Source: an uncultured Candidatus Saccharibacteria bacterium (GTDB taxonomy: Bacteria > Patescibacteriota > Minisyncoccia > Phycocordibacterales > UBA918). Taken from it: a stretch of 64,000 nt of DNA. Shown here one piece after another: positions 55,706 to 64,000 of the stretch (positions within the stretch are counted from its first letter, which is position 1; every line of letters starts with the position of its first letter). Below the pieces are notes generated by a model. The model worked only from the letters and a program-made list of their open reading frames with translations. It was not told the origin of the DNA and did not search any database. The position numbers and the translations under genes are program-made. The DNA lies in the NCBI GenBank assembly GCA_964425625.1, contig CAYRMI010000005.1, positions 79 to 64,078 of the forward strand, in the 5' to 3' direction.

Positions 55706-56731
55706 ATGGCCCTCACTATTTTGGAGAACGTACCACTCTCGGCGCACACCACCTTTAAAACGGGTGGTGTGGCGCGTTTTGTGGTGGTGGTAGAGACAGT
55801 AGAGGAGGTGGGTGAGGCAGTGCGTTTTGCGGAGCAAAACGCACTGCCTCACTTAATCTTAGGTGGTGGTTCCAACTTACTCGTGTCTGACACCGGTTAC
55901 GCTGGAGTGGTGATAAAAATTGCCATCAAGGGACGTACCTATGAAGACTTAGGAGAAGGTAAGGTACGACTGGTTGTGGGAGCTGGTGAGGTGCTAGATG
56001 AGGTAATAGCAGACACGGTCTTGGAAGGTTACTGGGGGTTAGAAAATCTTTCGGCTATCCCGGGCTTGGTGGGAGCGACGCCAGTGCAAAATGTGGGAGC
56101 TTATGGCGCAGAAGTGAAACATGTGATTGAAGCCGTGGAGGTGTACTCTGTCACCGATAAAAAAATAAAAATATTTACGAATGATGAATGTAGTTTTGGT
56201 TATCGTGATTCAATTTTTAAAACAGAAATGGGAAAAAATTTCATCATCACTGCTGTACATTTTTTGCTCACTACAAATGCACAACCAAATATTTCTTATC
56301 GTGACCTCGCACTTTATTTTTCTGCTAAAGAAATATCACAAAAAAATATTCGTGAAGCAGTAGGCAAAATTCGCGCTGAGAAATTTCCTGACTGGAAAGT
56401 CGTCGGTACAGCTGGATCATTTTTCAAAAATCCGCTGGTGACAAAAGCGGAAGGAGAGCGATTGCAAGCTTTGTATCCGGAGCTACCGATGTATGAAGCC
56501 GGTCCCGACACAGTAAAGCTTTCGCTTGGCTATATCCTCGATAAAGTGTGTAATCTCAAGGGTTTTCGACAGGGAAAGGTGGGTCTTTATGATAAGCAAG
56601 CTTTGGTTTTGGTGCAATACGGTGGAGCCAGTACAACTGAAGTTTTGGCGTTTGTAGAAATTATAAAAGCCAAAGTTGCGCAAGCAACGAAAATAAAAAT
56701 TGAAATGGAAGTATGCTTGGTAGCTGATTAG
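55706..56731 (+). CDS. murB: UDP-N-acetylenolpyruvoylglucosamine reductase.
   Basis: HTTFKTGGVARFVV...LILGGGSNLL FAD-binding N-terminus. Confidence 0.85.
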   Translation: MALTILENVPLSAHTTFKTGGVARFVVVVETVEEVGEAVRFAEQNALPHLILGGGSNLLVSDTGYAGVVIKIAIKGRTYEDLGEGKVRLVVGAGEVLDEVIADTVLEGYWGLENLSAIPGLVGATPVQNVGAYGAEVKHVIEAVEVYSVTDKKIKIFTNDECSFGYRDSIFKTEMGKNFIITAVHFLLTTNAQPNISYRDLALYFSAKEISQKNIREAVGKIRAEKFPDWKVVGTAGSFFKNPLVTKAEGERLQALYPELPMYEAGPDTVKLSLGYILDKVCNLKGFRQGKVGLYDKQALVLVQYGGASTTEVLAFVEIIKAKVAQATKIKIEMEVCLVAD

Positions 56732-56754
56732 AGAATTTTATTTTGCATTAAGGT

Positions 56755-56841
56755 GATGAAAAATTTTTTATAAAAAATTTTTCATCAGCGAAAAAATCTT
56801 GAAAAATATTTTTTTGAAAAATAAAAAATATTTTTCAAGAT
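56755..56841. repeat. Two long AT-rich perfect palindromes (56755-56786 and 56796-56841).
   Basis: GATGAAAAATTTTTT-ATA-AAAAATTTTTCATC and ATCTTGAAAAATATTTTT...AAAAATATTTTTCAAGAT. Confidence 0.7.
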
Positions 56842-56997
56842 TTTTTTATCCACAACTTTTTTTTACAAAAGTGATTGTGTTAATTTTTTTTACACGTGAT
56901 AATAGTAGTAAGCAAACATCTTCTCTCACTGAACAGTTCTTTGAAAATGAGAAGGTCTTGCGGTCGAACTTTATTCACTAAAAACTCTCATCACAAC

Positions 56998-57126
56998 ATG
57001 CCAGTAGCAAAAAAGAAGGCAGTCAAGAAAGTTGCCAAGAAGACCGCAAAGAAGGCTGTCAAGAAGGTAGCAAAGAAGGCTGTCAAGAAGGTAGCCAAGA
57101 AGGCTACTAAGAAGTCAAAAAAGTAG
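56998..57126 (+). CDS. Small lysine/alanine-repeat basic protein (histone H1-like nucleoid protein).
   Basis: MPVAKKKAVKKVAKKTAKKAVKKVAKKAVKKVAKKATKKSKK. Confidence 0.4.
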   Translation: MPVAKKKAVKKVAKKTAKKAVKKVAKKAVKKVAKKATKKSKK

Positions 57127-57237
57127 TCTCAGTAAATGGTGTCTACCATTTACCGATAAAGCTGATAGCATAATCGCCCTCCACCGGCGATTTTGCTTTT
57201 TGTATTTATACATAAGTCCGTATATACTAGGCCCACT

Positions 57238-59757
57238 ATGACATTTCTAGATAAATTTTTTGGCCCAACTTACGAAAAAGAATTGAAAGCTATTAAGCCG
57301 TTAATAGCAAAAATCAACGAACAAGAAGAGGTTTTTTCGGCTCTTTCGGCGGAAGATATTATAGCCAAAGTAACGGCGCTAAGAGCTGAGGTAGTAAGTG
57401 GTAAGTCACTCGATGAGGTTTTGGTGGAGATGTTTGCTCTCACTCGTGAAGCAGCCAAACGCACCCTTGGGCTAAGGCATTATGATGTACAACTAATCGG
57501 TGGCGTTATCTTGCATCGAGGCAAGATTACAGAAATGCGTACGGGAGAAGGTAAGACATTAGTGGGAACCCTACCCGCTTCACTCAATGCTCTCACTGGC
57601 AAGGGTGTGCATGTGGTGACAGTCAACGACTATCTCTCGCGTCGTGATGCGGTGTGGATGGGACAAATTTATTCAGCCCTTGGACTTTCGGTTGGAGTGG
57701 TCAATCATGACGCTTCATTTTTATATGATCCAAATCATGCCGAGGCCGATACTGTGCGCGATGAGGTTGGTTCCTACAAGGTCGTCTACGACTTTTTGCG
57801 TCCTTGTACTAGACAAGAAGCCTATGCCGCCGATATTACTTATGGTACCAACAGTGAGTTTGGTTTTGACTATCTGCGCGACAATATTGAATACAACAAA
57901 GAAAATTTACGACAACGCACCTATGCTTACGCCATTGTTGACGAAATCGATTCGATTCTAATCGATGAAGCGCGTACTCCACTGATTATCTCCGCTCCGT
58001 CTAACGATTCGGAAGACCTTTATGGTCAGTTTGCTGAAATAGCTCGCCAACTAAAGCCTGAGGAGCACTATACGATGGATGAAAAACTAAAGAGTATTGC
58101 TCTAACCAACGCCGGTATTGAAACCGCGGAAAAGATTTTGGGTGTAGAAAACATTTATACCGATAAGGGGATCAAGTATGTACACCACCTAGAGACCGCT
58201 GTACGGGCCAAGGCGCTGTTTACGTGCGATAAGGAGTACGTAGTGCGTGATGGCGAAGTTGTCATCGTAGATGAGTTTACTGGTCGTTTACAGCCGGGTC
58301 GCCGTTGGTCTGAAGGTTTGCACCAAGCGGTCGAGGCTAAAGAAGGGGTAGCTATCCAGCGCGAAAGTAAAACCTTTGCTTCAATTACCTACCAAAACTA
58401 CTTCCGCATGTACGATAAGCTTTCGGGTATGACCGGTACGGCTCTTACCAGCCAGGAAGAATTTTTTACCGTCTACAACCTCGAAGTTATTCCAATTCCG
58501 ACCAACCGACCGATTGCCCGTCTTGATCATACTGACCTTATCTACCAAAACGAAAAGGGTAAATTTGCCGCGATTATTGCCAAAGTCAAAGCGGTGCATG
58601 AAAAAGGCCAGCCAATTTTGATTGGTACAGCTTCAATTGAAAGCAACGAAAGGCTATCGATTGCGCTGACCTCCTCTGGCGTACCACACACGATGCTCAA
58701 CGCCAAAAACCATGAGCGGGAAGGGGAAATTATTGCTGCCGCTGGACGGATTGGGGCAGTGACTTTAGCCACCAACATGGCCGGTCGCGGGGTTGATATT
58801 AAGCTCGGCGGACCAGAAGCCACCCCGGAGATGGTAGATAAAGTGAGAGAGCTCGGAGGTTTGTTTGTGCTTGGTACCGAGCGCCACGAGGCGCGTCGGA
58901 TCGACAATCAGCTTCGTGGTCGTGCTGGTCGCCAGGGTGATCCGGGCGAGACACAGTTTTATGTGTCGATGGATGACTCACTGATGCGTGTCTTTGGTGG
59001 TGATAGGGTAAAGGGCTTGATGGGTACTTTCAAGATTCCCGAAGACCAGCCGATTGAGATGAAGATGCTCTCCAATACTCTAGAAGGGGCCCAGACGAGA
59101 ATAGAAGGCTTCCATTTTGACTCACGTAAGCAAATTCTCGCCTATGACGATATTCTCAACTTACAACGAAAAATCGTCTATGCCCGTCGACACAAGCTCC
59201 TTATTGAAGATCGAGATGAAGGGGCTCTCATGATGGCCGAGGTAGAGGCCGTCGCCCCTGATGGTGGAGCAGCTTTCTCGGCTAAGCGAGCCGAACTAGG
59301 CGAGGAGGTGTTTTACAATCTCTTCCGACGCTTTGCTTTACAGATGATAGATACACTCTGGGTAGAGCACCTAGAAGTCATGAGCTATACTCGCAACAGT
59401 GTAAACCTGCGTGCTTACGGCCAGCGCGATCCACTAATCGAATATCGCAAAGAGGGAACGCGACTCTTTAAGGAGATGCAGGTCGTGGTACTAGATCGTA
59501 TCAACGATATTATTCCTCGCCTCCAGCCAATCTTGGTAGAAAGAGAAGAGGCGGAAATGAAAAAGGAAGCCGAGGCTGCTCAAGCAGCGGCCGGTGCCGA
59601 CAAAGCCGAAGCGAAGGCCCAAGGTCCTGCCAAAGCCACCAATACTCCAGGCCGCAATGACCTAGTGACCATCAGCAATGGTACAGACACCAAGACCTTA
59701 AAGTACAAAAAAGCCGAGCCTCTACTTTCTACTGGCTACAAAATAATTGCCAACTAA
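57238..59757 (+). CDS. secA: Preprotein translocase ATPase SecA.
   Basis: MTFLDKFFG N-terminus and DEAD-like motor motifs. Confidence 0.9.
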   Translation: MTFLDKFFGPTYEKELKAIKPLIAKINEQEEVFSALSAEDIIAKVTALRAEVVSGKSLDEVLVEMFALTREAAKRTLGLRHYDVQLIGGVILHRGKITEMRTGEGKTLVGTLPASLNALTGKGVHVVTVNDYLSRRDAVWMGQIYSALGLSVGVVNHDASFLYDPNHAEADTVRDEVGSYKVVYDFLRPCTRQEAYAADITYGTNSEFGFDYLRDNIEYNKENLRQRTYAYAIVDEIDSILIDEARTPLIISAPSNDSEDLYGQFAEIARQLKPEEHYTMDEKLKSIALTNAGIETAEKILGVENIYTDKGIKYVHHLETAVRAKALFTCDKEYVVRDGEVVIVDEFTGRLQPGRRWSEGLHQAVEAKEGVAIQRESKTFASITYQNYFRMYDKLSGMTGTALTSQEEFFTVYNLEVIPIPTNRPIARLDHTDLIYQNEKGKFAAIIAKVKAVHEKGQPILIGTASIESNERLSIALTSSGVPHTMLNAKNHEREGEIIAAAGRIGAVTLATNMAGRGVDIKLGGPEATPEMVDKVRELGGLFVLGTERHEARRIDNQLRGRAGRQGDPGETQFYVSMDDSLMRVFGGDRVKGLMGTFKIPEDQPIEMKMLSNTLEGAQTRIEGFHFDSRKQILAYDDILNLQRKIVYARRHKLLIEDRDEGALMMAEVEAVAPDGGAAFSAKRAELGEEVFYNLFRRFALQMIDTLWVEHLEVMSYTRNSVNLRAYGQRDPLIEYRKEGTRLFKEMQVVVLDRINDIIPRLQPILVEREEAEMKKEAEAAQAAAGADKAEAKAQGPAKATNTPGRNDLVTISNGTDTKTLKYKKAEPLLSTGYKIIAN

Positions 59758-59783
59758 GGTATTCAGGTAGATAATAATCAGGT

Positions 59784-60116
59784 ATGAATCTTTTAGCTAA
59801 GTTGTTGTTGACGGCCCTGACGCTTTTGGTAGTAGCTACCTACGTGCCGGGGATTAGTATTGATGGACTATACACAGCCCTCATCGCGGCTGTAATTATT
59901 GGTCTACTAAACCTTTTTGTGCGCCCGATTCTGCTTATTCTCACTTTTCCGATCACTGTCCTGACCGTCGGTTTATTTATTTTGGTTATCAATGCCTCCT
60001 TGTTTCTATTTGCCGCATCATTTATCGATGGTTTTACCGTCACTGGCTTTTGGCCAGCGCTAGTGGGATCGCTTATCGTTACGATCGTCAGCACCATTGG
60101 CAATCGTTACCTCTAG
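59784..60116 (+). CDS. DUF360/phage-holin-family-4-like small membrane protein.
   Basis: 110 aa, 4 TM. VPGISIDG...LNLFVRPILLILTFPITVLTVGLF. Confidence 0.55.
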   Translation: MNLLAKLLLTALTLLVVATYVPGISIDGLYTALIAAVIIGLLNLFVRPILLILTFPITVLTVGLFILVINASLFLFAASFIDGFTVTGFWPALVGSLIVTIVSTIGNRYL

Positions 60117-60141
60117 AGAGGAGATATAACTATATATAAAA

Positions 60142-60201
60142 AGCCAAATCGGCCAGCTAAAAACCGTCTTAAAAGACGTTTTTTAGCTGGCCGATTTGGC
60201 T
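60142..60201. terminator. ~60-nt near-perfect palindrome (stem ~27 bp). A terminator or structured element.
   Basis: AGCCAAATCGGCCAGCTAAAAACCGTCTT-AAA-AGACGTTTTTTAGCTGGCCGATTTGGCT. Confidence 0.6.
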
Positions 60202-60496
60202 ACGTCAAGACTAAGGGGAAGGAGCTCAGTGACTTGGTTAGAGGAGCTTAGGGTAGCTATGCTAAAAGAGCATAGCGCACCAGACCAAGTCTAGGACGAA
60301 AACGGATGGGTTTCGCCTGCTTATGCAGTAGACAGACAGCTATGGAGATGAGTACAAAAGTAAAAGTCGTTACCTCCTGCGCCAACTGTCAAACAAAAAT
60401 GACAATCCAAATTATTGCTACATTCAAATTACTTTACGCGTAATTTTTTAGTCGATAGTCTGTACTTTATCGTCCCTTCATGGTATCACTGTAGCC

Positions 60497-61471
60497 ATGT
60501 TTGTTGATTCAATTACCCTACATATAAATGCCGGCGATGGAGGTAACGGAGTTACCCGCTGGCGTCATGAAAAATTTCGACCGATGGCTGGACCAGCCGG
60601 AGGTAACGGTGGTCGCGGTGGCGACGTTTTTTTGCGTGCAGTGCGAGATGTAAATCTCCTAGCCAAGTATACCGGCGACAAGCACTTTGAGGCCGAGCGG
60701 GGAGAGGATGGTATGGGCGGAAGTAAGTTTGGCAAAAACGGTGAGGACTTGATTATCGACGTACCAGTTGGATCCTTGGTGACCGACGTCGCTCGTGAGC
60801 GAAACTACGAACTTCTTCAAGAGGGTGAGCTAGTAAAAATTCTCAAAGGTGGTAGTGGCGGAATTGGTAACGAGCAATTCAAGACAGCAGTCAATCGTTC
60901 GCCAGAAGAATCCACCCTGGGCCGTAGAGGTGAAGAAGGGGAGTTTCAGATTGAGCTGTCGCTGGTGGTTGATGTCGGTTTGGTTGGTCAGCCCAACGCC
61001 GGCAAATCAACTCTGCTAAATTCTCTCACCAATGCTCACGCCAAAGTTGGTGCCTACCCATTCACCACGCTAGAGCCACACCTAGGCGACCTCTATGGCT
61101 ACACACTAGCCGATATCCCGGGTCTGATTAGTGGAGCATCAGAAGGTAAGGGGCTCGGACATACCTTTTTGCGACATATTTCACGTACCAAAATGATCCT
61201 CCATCTGGTCTCACTGGAGACCGAGGACGCGCTTGAGCGCTATTATACCATTCGAGAGGAGCTGTCTGCCTATGCAAAAGAGCTAGCCGACAAGGAAGAG
61301 TGGATTATTTTTACTAAATCTGACCTTGCTAATAAAGACTATATAGAAGCAGTTGTAAAAGAGGTTGACAAAAATGAGAAGCGTGTGTTTGTAATCTCCT
61401 CAGAAGCCGGGGAAGGAGTCAAAGAACTACGTGATGCGCTTGTGCGACACCTCAGAGAAACTGTAGAATAA
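60497..61471 (+). CDS. obg: GTPase Obg (no C-terminal TGS/OCT extension).
   Basis: FVDSITLHINAGDGGNGVTRWRHEKF glycine-rich Obg fold. GQPNAGKST G1. Confidence 0.9.
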   Translation: MFVDSITLHINAGDGGNGVTRWRHEKFRPMAGPAGGNGGRGGDVFLRAVRDVNLLAKYTGDKHFEAERGEDGMGGSKFGKNGEDLIIDVPVGSLVTDVARERNYELLQEGELVKILKGGSGGIGNEQFKTAVNRSPEESTLGRRGEEGEFQIELSLVVDVGLVGQPNAGKSTLLNSLTNAHAKVGAYPFTTLEPHLGDLYGYTLADIPGLISGASEGKGLGHTFLRHISRTKMILHLVSLETEDALERYYTIREELSAYAKELADKEEWIIFTKSDLANKDYIEAVVKEVDKNEKRVFVISSEAGEGVKELRDALVRHLRETVE

Positions 61472-61641
61472 GGCTCCTTGTAGTGCTGTAAATCATCACT
61501 ATGGGTAAGAAAATTTTAGAGTAGATATATAAGACGGAAATTAGCTAAAAAGGGAAGGGTATTTTTTCCACTTCTAGCTACAAATTTACTCCCAAAAAAT
61601 TAGTAGCTTATTTTTTATAAATTAATCGGTAGGATAGATAT

Positions 61642-63066
61642 ATGAGTAAGACGTACACAGCCACCATTGGACTTGAAGTCCATGCTGAACTAAACACCAA
61701 GAGCAAGATGTTTTGCCGTTGCAAAAATGATCCTCACGACGGGGAGCCAAACTCATACATCTGTCCGGTTTGCTTAGCTCATCCTGGCACTCTGCCGGTA
61801 CCAAACGAAGAGGCGATTGCCATGGTCCTGCTTTTTGGTCAGGCAGTGGGAGCAAAGACGGCCGATTTTTCAGAATTTGATCGAAAGAATTATTTTTACC
61901 CGGACATCCCCAAAGCCTACCAAATCAGTCAGTATGCTTTTCCTTTCCTGACTGGCGGTGAACTCAAAGGGGTAGAACTTACCCGAGTTCATCTGGAAGA
62001 AGATACTGCCCGTAGTCAGCATGAGCATGATGGGGTGAGTCTAGTAGATTTCAACCGGGCCGGGGTTCCTCTGATGGAGCTTGTGACCGAGCCAGTCATT
62101 CATGACGCCAAGACCGCTGGTGAGTTTGCCCGAGAGCTACAGCTACTTTTAAAGACGCTCAAGATTTCAAACGCCCAGATGGAGCGGGGAGAGATGCGCG
62201 TGGAAGCCAACATCTCAGTCAGTTTGACCAAGGAGCTCGGTACCAAGGTAGAGGTAAAGAATCTTAACTCCTTCCGCTCAGTAGAGAGTGCTATTGAATA
62301 CGAGATAAAGCGTCATATCGAGGTGCTAGAACAAGGGGGTACTATTAGCCAAGAAACTCGCGGTTGGGATGAGGTAAGACTAAAGACTTTTGTCCAACGG
62401 AGCAAAGAGACCGCCAAGGACTATCGCTACTTCCCAGACCCAGACATACCAAAGCTAAAAGTCAGTGAACATAAGTATTTTAGTGCATCTCGTCTGTCCG
62501 AGATAATGCCTCTACTGCCTCAAGAAATGCGCCAGAAATATGAAGATATCGGATTACCGAACTCCCAGATAGAGGTCATCATTGGACAAGAATTTCTAGC
62601 TAAAATGTTTGCTGAACTAGTCCAAAATCCCGACCTAAAAAACGATAATGACCTGCTCAAGTTGGCTGCCAACTACTTGACCTCTGATTTGTTGGCTTTG
62701 CTAACTTCGGGTAAGTTACTAGCTTTGTCGTCGACCAACTTTGCTAAGCTCATGGGGATGGTTGGGGCTGGAAAAATTAACTCCCGCATTGCCAAAGACT
62801 TGTTGATTGAGTTGTTTGCTAGTGACGAAGATCCAGAACAATTAGCCAAGACTCGTGGGCTACTCCAGTCTTCTGATCCAGAAGCGATTAAGACTTTAGT
62901 GGCTGAAGTAATAGCCGAGCACAGTACTGTTGTTGGAGAATATCTAGCTGGCAAGGAGGCTTCGTTGCAGTTTTTGGTTGGGCAAGGTATGAAGAAGAGT
63001 CGCGGTACTGCCAACCCAGGTATGCTAGCTGAGCATCTTAGGGCCACTATCTACCAAACGAGATAA
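61642..63066 (+). CDS. gatB: Asp-tRNA(Asn)/Glu-tRNA(Gln) amidotransferase subunit B.
   Basis: YTATIGLEVHAELNTKSKMFC and GatB_N/YqeY domain order. Confidence 0.9.
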   Translation: MSKTYTATIGLEVHAELNTKSKMFCRCKNDPHDGEPNSYICPVCLAHPGTLPVPNEEAIAMVLLFGQAVGAKTADFSEFDRKNYFYPDIPKAYQISQYAFPFLTGGELKGVELTRVHLEEDTARSQHEHDGVSLVDFNRAGVPLMELVTEPVIHDAKTAGEFARELQLLLKTLKISNAQMERGEMRVEANISVSLTKELGTKVEVKNLNSFRSVESAIEYEIKRHIEVLEQGGTISQETRGWDEVRLKTFVQRSKETAKDYRYFPDPDIPKLKVSEHKYFSASRLSEIMPLLPQEMRQKYEDIGLPNSQIEVIIGQEFLAKMFAELVQNPDLKNDNDLLKLAANYLTSDLLALLTSGKLLALSSTNFAKLMGMVGAGKINSRIAKDLLIELFASDEDPEQLAKTRGLLQSSDPEAIKTLVAEVIAEHSTVVGEYLAGKEASLQFLVGQGMKKSRGTANPGMLAEHLRATIYQTR

Positions 63067-63138
63067 TCATAGTTATAAACATACCAAAGCAAAGGGCACT
63101 CTACAGCGGAGTGTTTTTTGCTATACTCTGAGGTAGGT

Positions 63139-64000
63139 ATGGAGGTAATTTCTATCGATGGCACAGAGTACGTCAGGGCATCTACAATTGCCAAGCGTTT
63201 TAAATATACCAGTGATTATGTTGGACAGCTTTGTCGTGGAAGTAAGGTAGAAGCCAAGCTAGTTGGACGCACCTGGTATGTCAATCCGGTTTCTTTGGAG
63301 GAGCACAAAAATAATCGCTACGAAAAAATTGCCTCATCTAGTCAAGGCGATAAAATAATGATAAACAAGCCTCAATTGGCAGTATCTCGGCAAAACGTGG
63401 AACCGGTATTGCGCAAAGAGACAGTCAAAGGTCTGAGTCATCAGGATAGGACGGCTGGAGAGGCACGCTTTTTGAAGCGTATTGTTTGGCAACCGACTAA
63501 GTACGAGGCAGACACTTCCGAGCTTATGCCACCTCTGCGCGCTGTTCGTGAGCCAGCGGAAATTAAAGTCGAGATAGCCGAAGCAACCAAGGTAAAAATA
63601 AAAGACACTAGCAAAGCTATCGATCTTGAGACGGAGCCTTTACCGGAAGTTTCTCTTTCTGGTGGTTTAAAAGTCTCATCACTCGATGAAATTTACGACG
63701 ATAGCCCTGAAAATCTAGCTTTAACTGATATTTTTGGACCAGAAGAAGGAAAGATAAACCATGTTTTAATTAAGAACGAAGAAAAGTCGGTACAAGTAAA
63801 GTCAGCCCCTTTCTCTGATGGTAAGAGATTTGTCGATAGGCTGGTGGCAAAAGTAGAACCTAGCGAATTAACCAAGCCAACTAAGCCTGAAACCAAGGAT
63901 ATCGACGAGAAATATACCTACCCCGTAAAGATTAAGGCCTCTAAGTCAGAGCTCTCGCTTCAGGTGCCATCTTTTACGCCGGCGCGAGTAAGAGCAACGT
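63139..64000 (+). CDS. Hypothetical protein. The 3' end is truncated by the window edge. The N-terminus resembles an excisionase/MerR-type HTH.
   Basis: RBS GGTAGGT-ATG. The frame stays open to the window edge. ...ASTIAKRFKYTSDYVGQLCRGSKVEAKLVGRTWYV. Confidence 0.4.
   Translation, partial: MEVISIDGTEYVRASTIAKRFKYTSDYVGQLCRGSKVEAKLVGRTWYVNPVSLEEHKNNRYEKIASSSQGDKIMINKPQLAVSRQNVEPVLRKETVKGLSHQDRTAGEARFLKRIVWQPTKYEADTSELMPPLRAVREPAEIKVEIAEATKVKIKDTSKAIDLETEPLPEVSLSGGLKVSSLDEIYDDSPENLALTDIFGPEEGKINHVLIKNEEKSVQVKSAPFSDGKRFVDRLVAKVEPSELTKPTKPETKDIDEKYTYPVKIKASKSELSLQVPSFTPARVRAT

Noticed and set aside
56998-57126. Dismissing the K/A-repeat ORF as a low-complexity artefact.
   Set aside because: Not fully rejected. 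It is kept at low confidence because such histone-like repeat proteins are real in many bacteria, but it has no clear RBS.
60202-60496. tmRNA, RNase P RNA or SRP RNA identity for the long non-coding gap.
   Set aside because: None of the conserved motifs (tmRNA tag ORF ending ALAA, the P4 GGAAAGTCCGG block, the SRP GGAAGCAGCC block) could be found. It is left as an unassigned candidate ncRNA.

Overview
The 5' 1.2 kb is the 3' two-thirds of a 16S rRNA gene, on the + strand. Its universal primer regions are divergent: GTGCCAGCAGGAGCGGTAA (515F region), ATTAGATACCCGCGTAGTCC (806R region) and GGCTGCAG in place of GGCAGCAG. I read this as typical of a CPR/Patescibacteria-like lineage. That lineage call is an inference, not a database hit. 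No 23S follows the 16S. Instead there are two small terminator-bounded protein genes and then a lone tRNA-Ile(GAU).

The rest of the window is protein-coding.

- **Housekeeping backbone:** murD, murC, rsmI, yvcK-like, galE, murB, secA, obg and gatB. There is also an L,D-transpeptidase/D,D-carboxypeptidase fusion and an Obg-adjacent DUF360 membrane protein.
- **Glycan locus (~23.9 to 55.7 kb):** a very large, mostly minus-strand surface-glycan biosynthesis region. It carries GT2, GT4, GT11 (fucosyltransferase-like) and GT-A glycosyltransferases and many methyltransferases (three FkbM, two class I SAM and one DUF268-like). The sugar-activation genes are gmd, fcl and a second Gmd/Rmd-like gene, RmlA-like and RmlB-like genes, and two unusual bifunctional nucleotidyltransferase fusions. 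A Wzx flippase and an O-antigen-ligase-like/TPR protein complete the set.
- **Accessory modules interleaved with the glycan locus:**
  - A RAYT (IS200-like Y1 transposase) flanked by REP-like palindromes lies between murD and murC.
  - A ~3.2 kb repeat-rich island sits at the 3' end of galE. It carries two inverted NYN-domain (PIN-like RNase) genes with XRE and RHH partner genes, and shows nested target duplications and a recurring hairpin motif.
  - The other modules are an AbiEi/AbiEii pair, a DUF4143 AAA ATPase, a RelE/ParE toxin with an AbrB-type antitoxin, and an orphan DinJ-like antitoxin.
  - GC-rich patches containing gene fragments lie between these modules.

My best candidate for an undescribed system is the NYN-cassette island at 20.5 to 23.9 kb. 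It is read as paired NYN RNase toxin / DNA-binding antitoxin modules with cassette-like insertion behaviour.

Secondary candidates are the two-gene, four-domain sugar-activation module at 39412..42113 and the soluble T4CP-like ATPase with a ~300-aa repetitive tail next to an LTD/PKD surface protein.

All functional calls are from motif recognition by eye. No database searches were possible.
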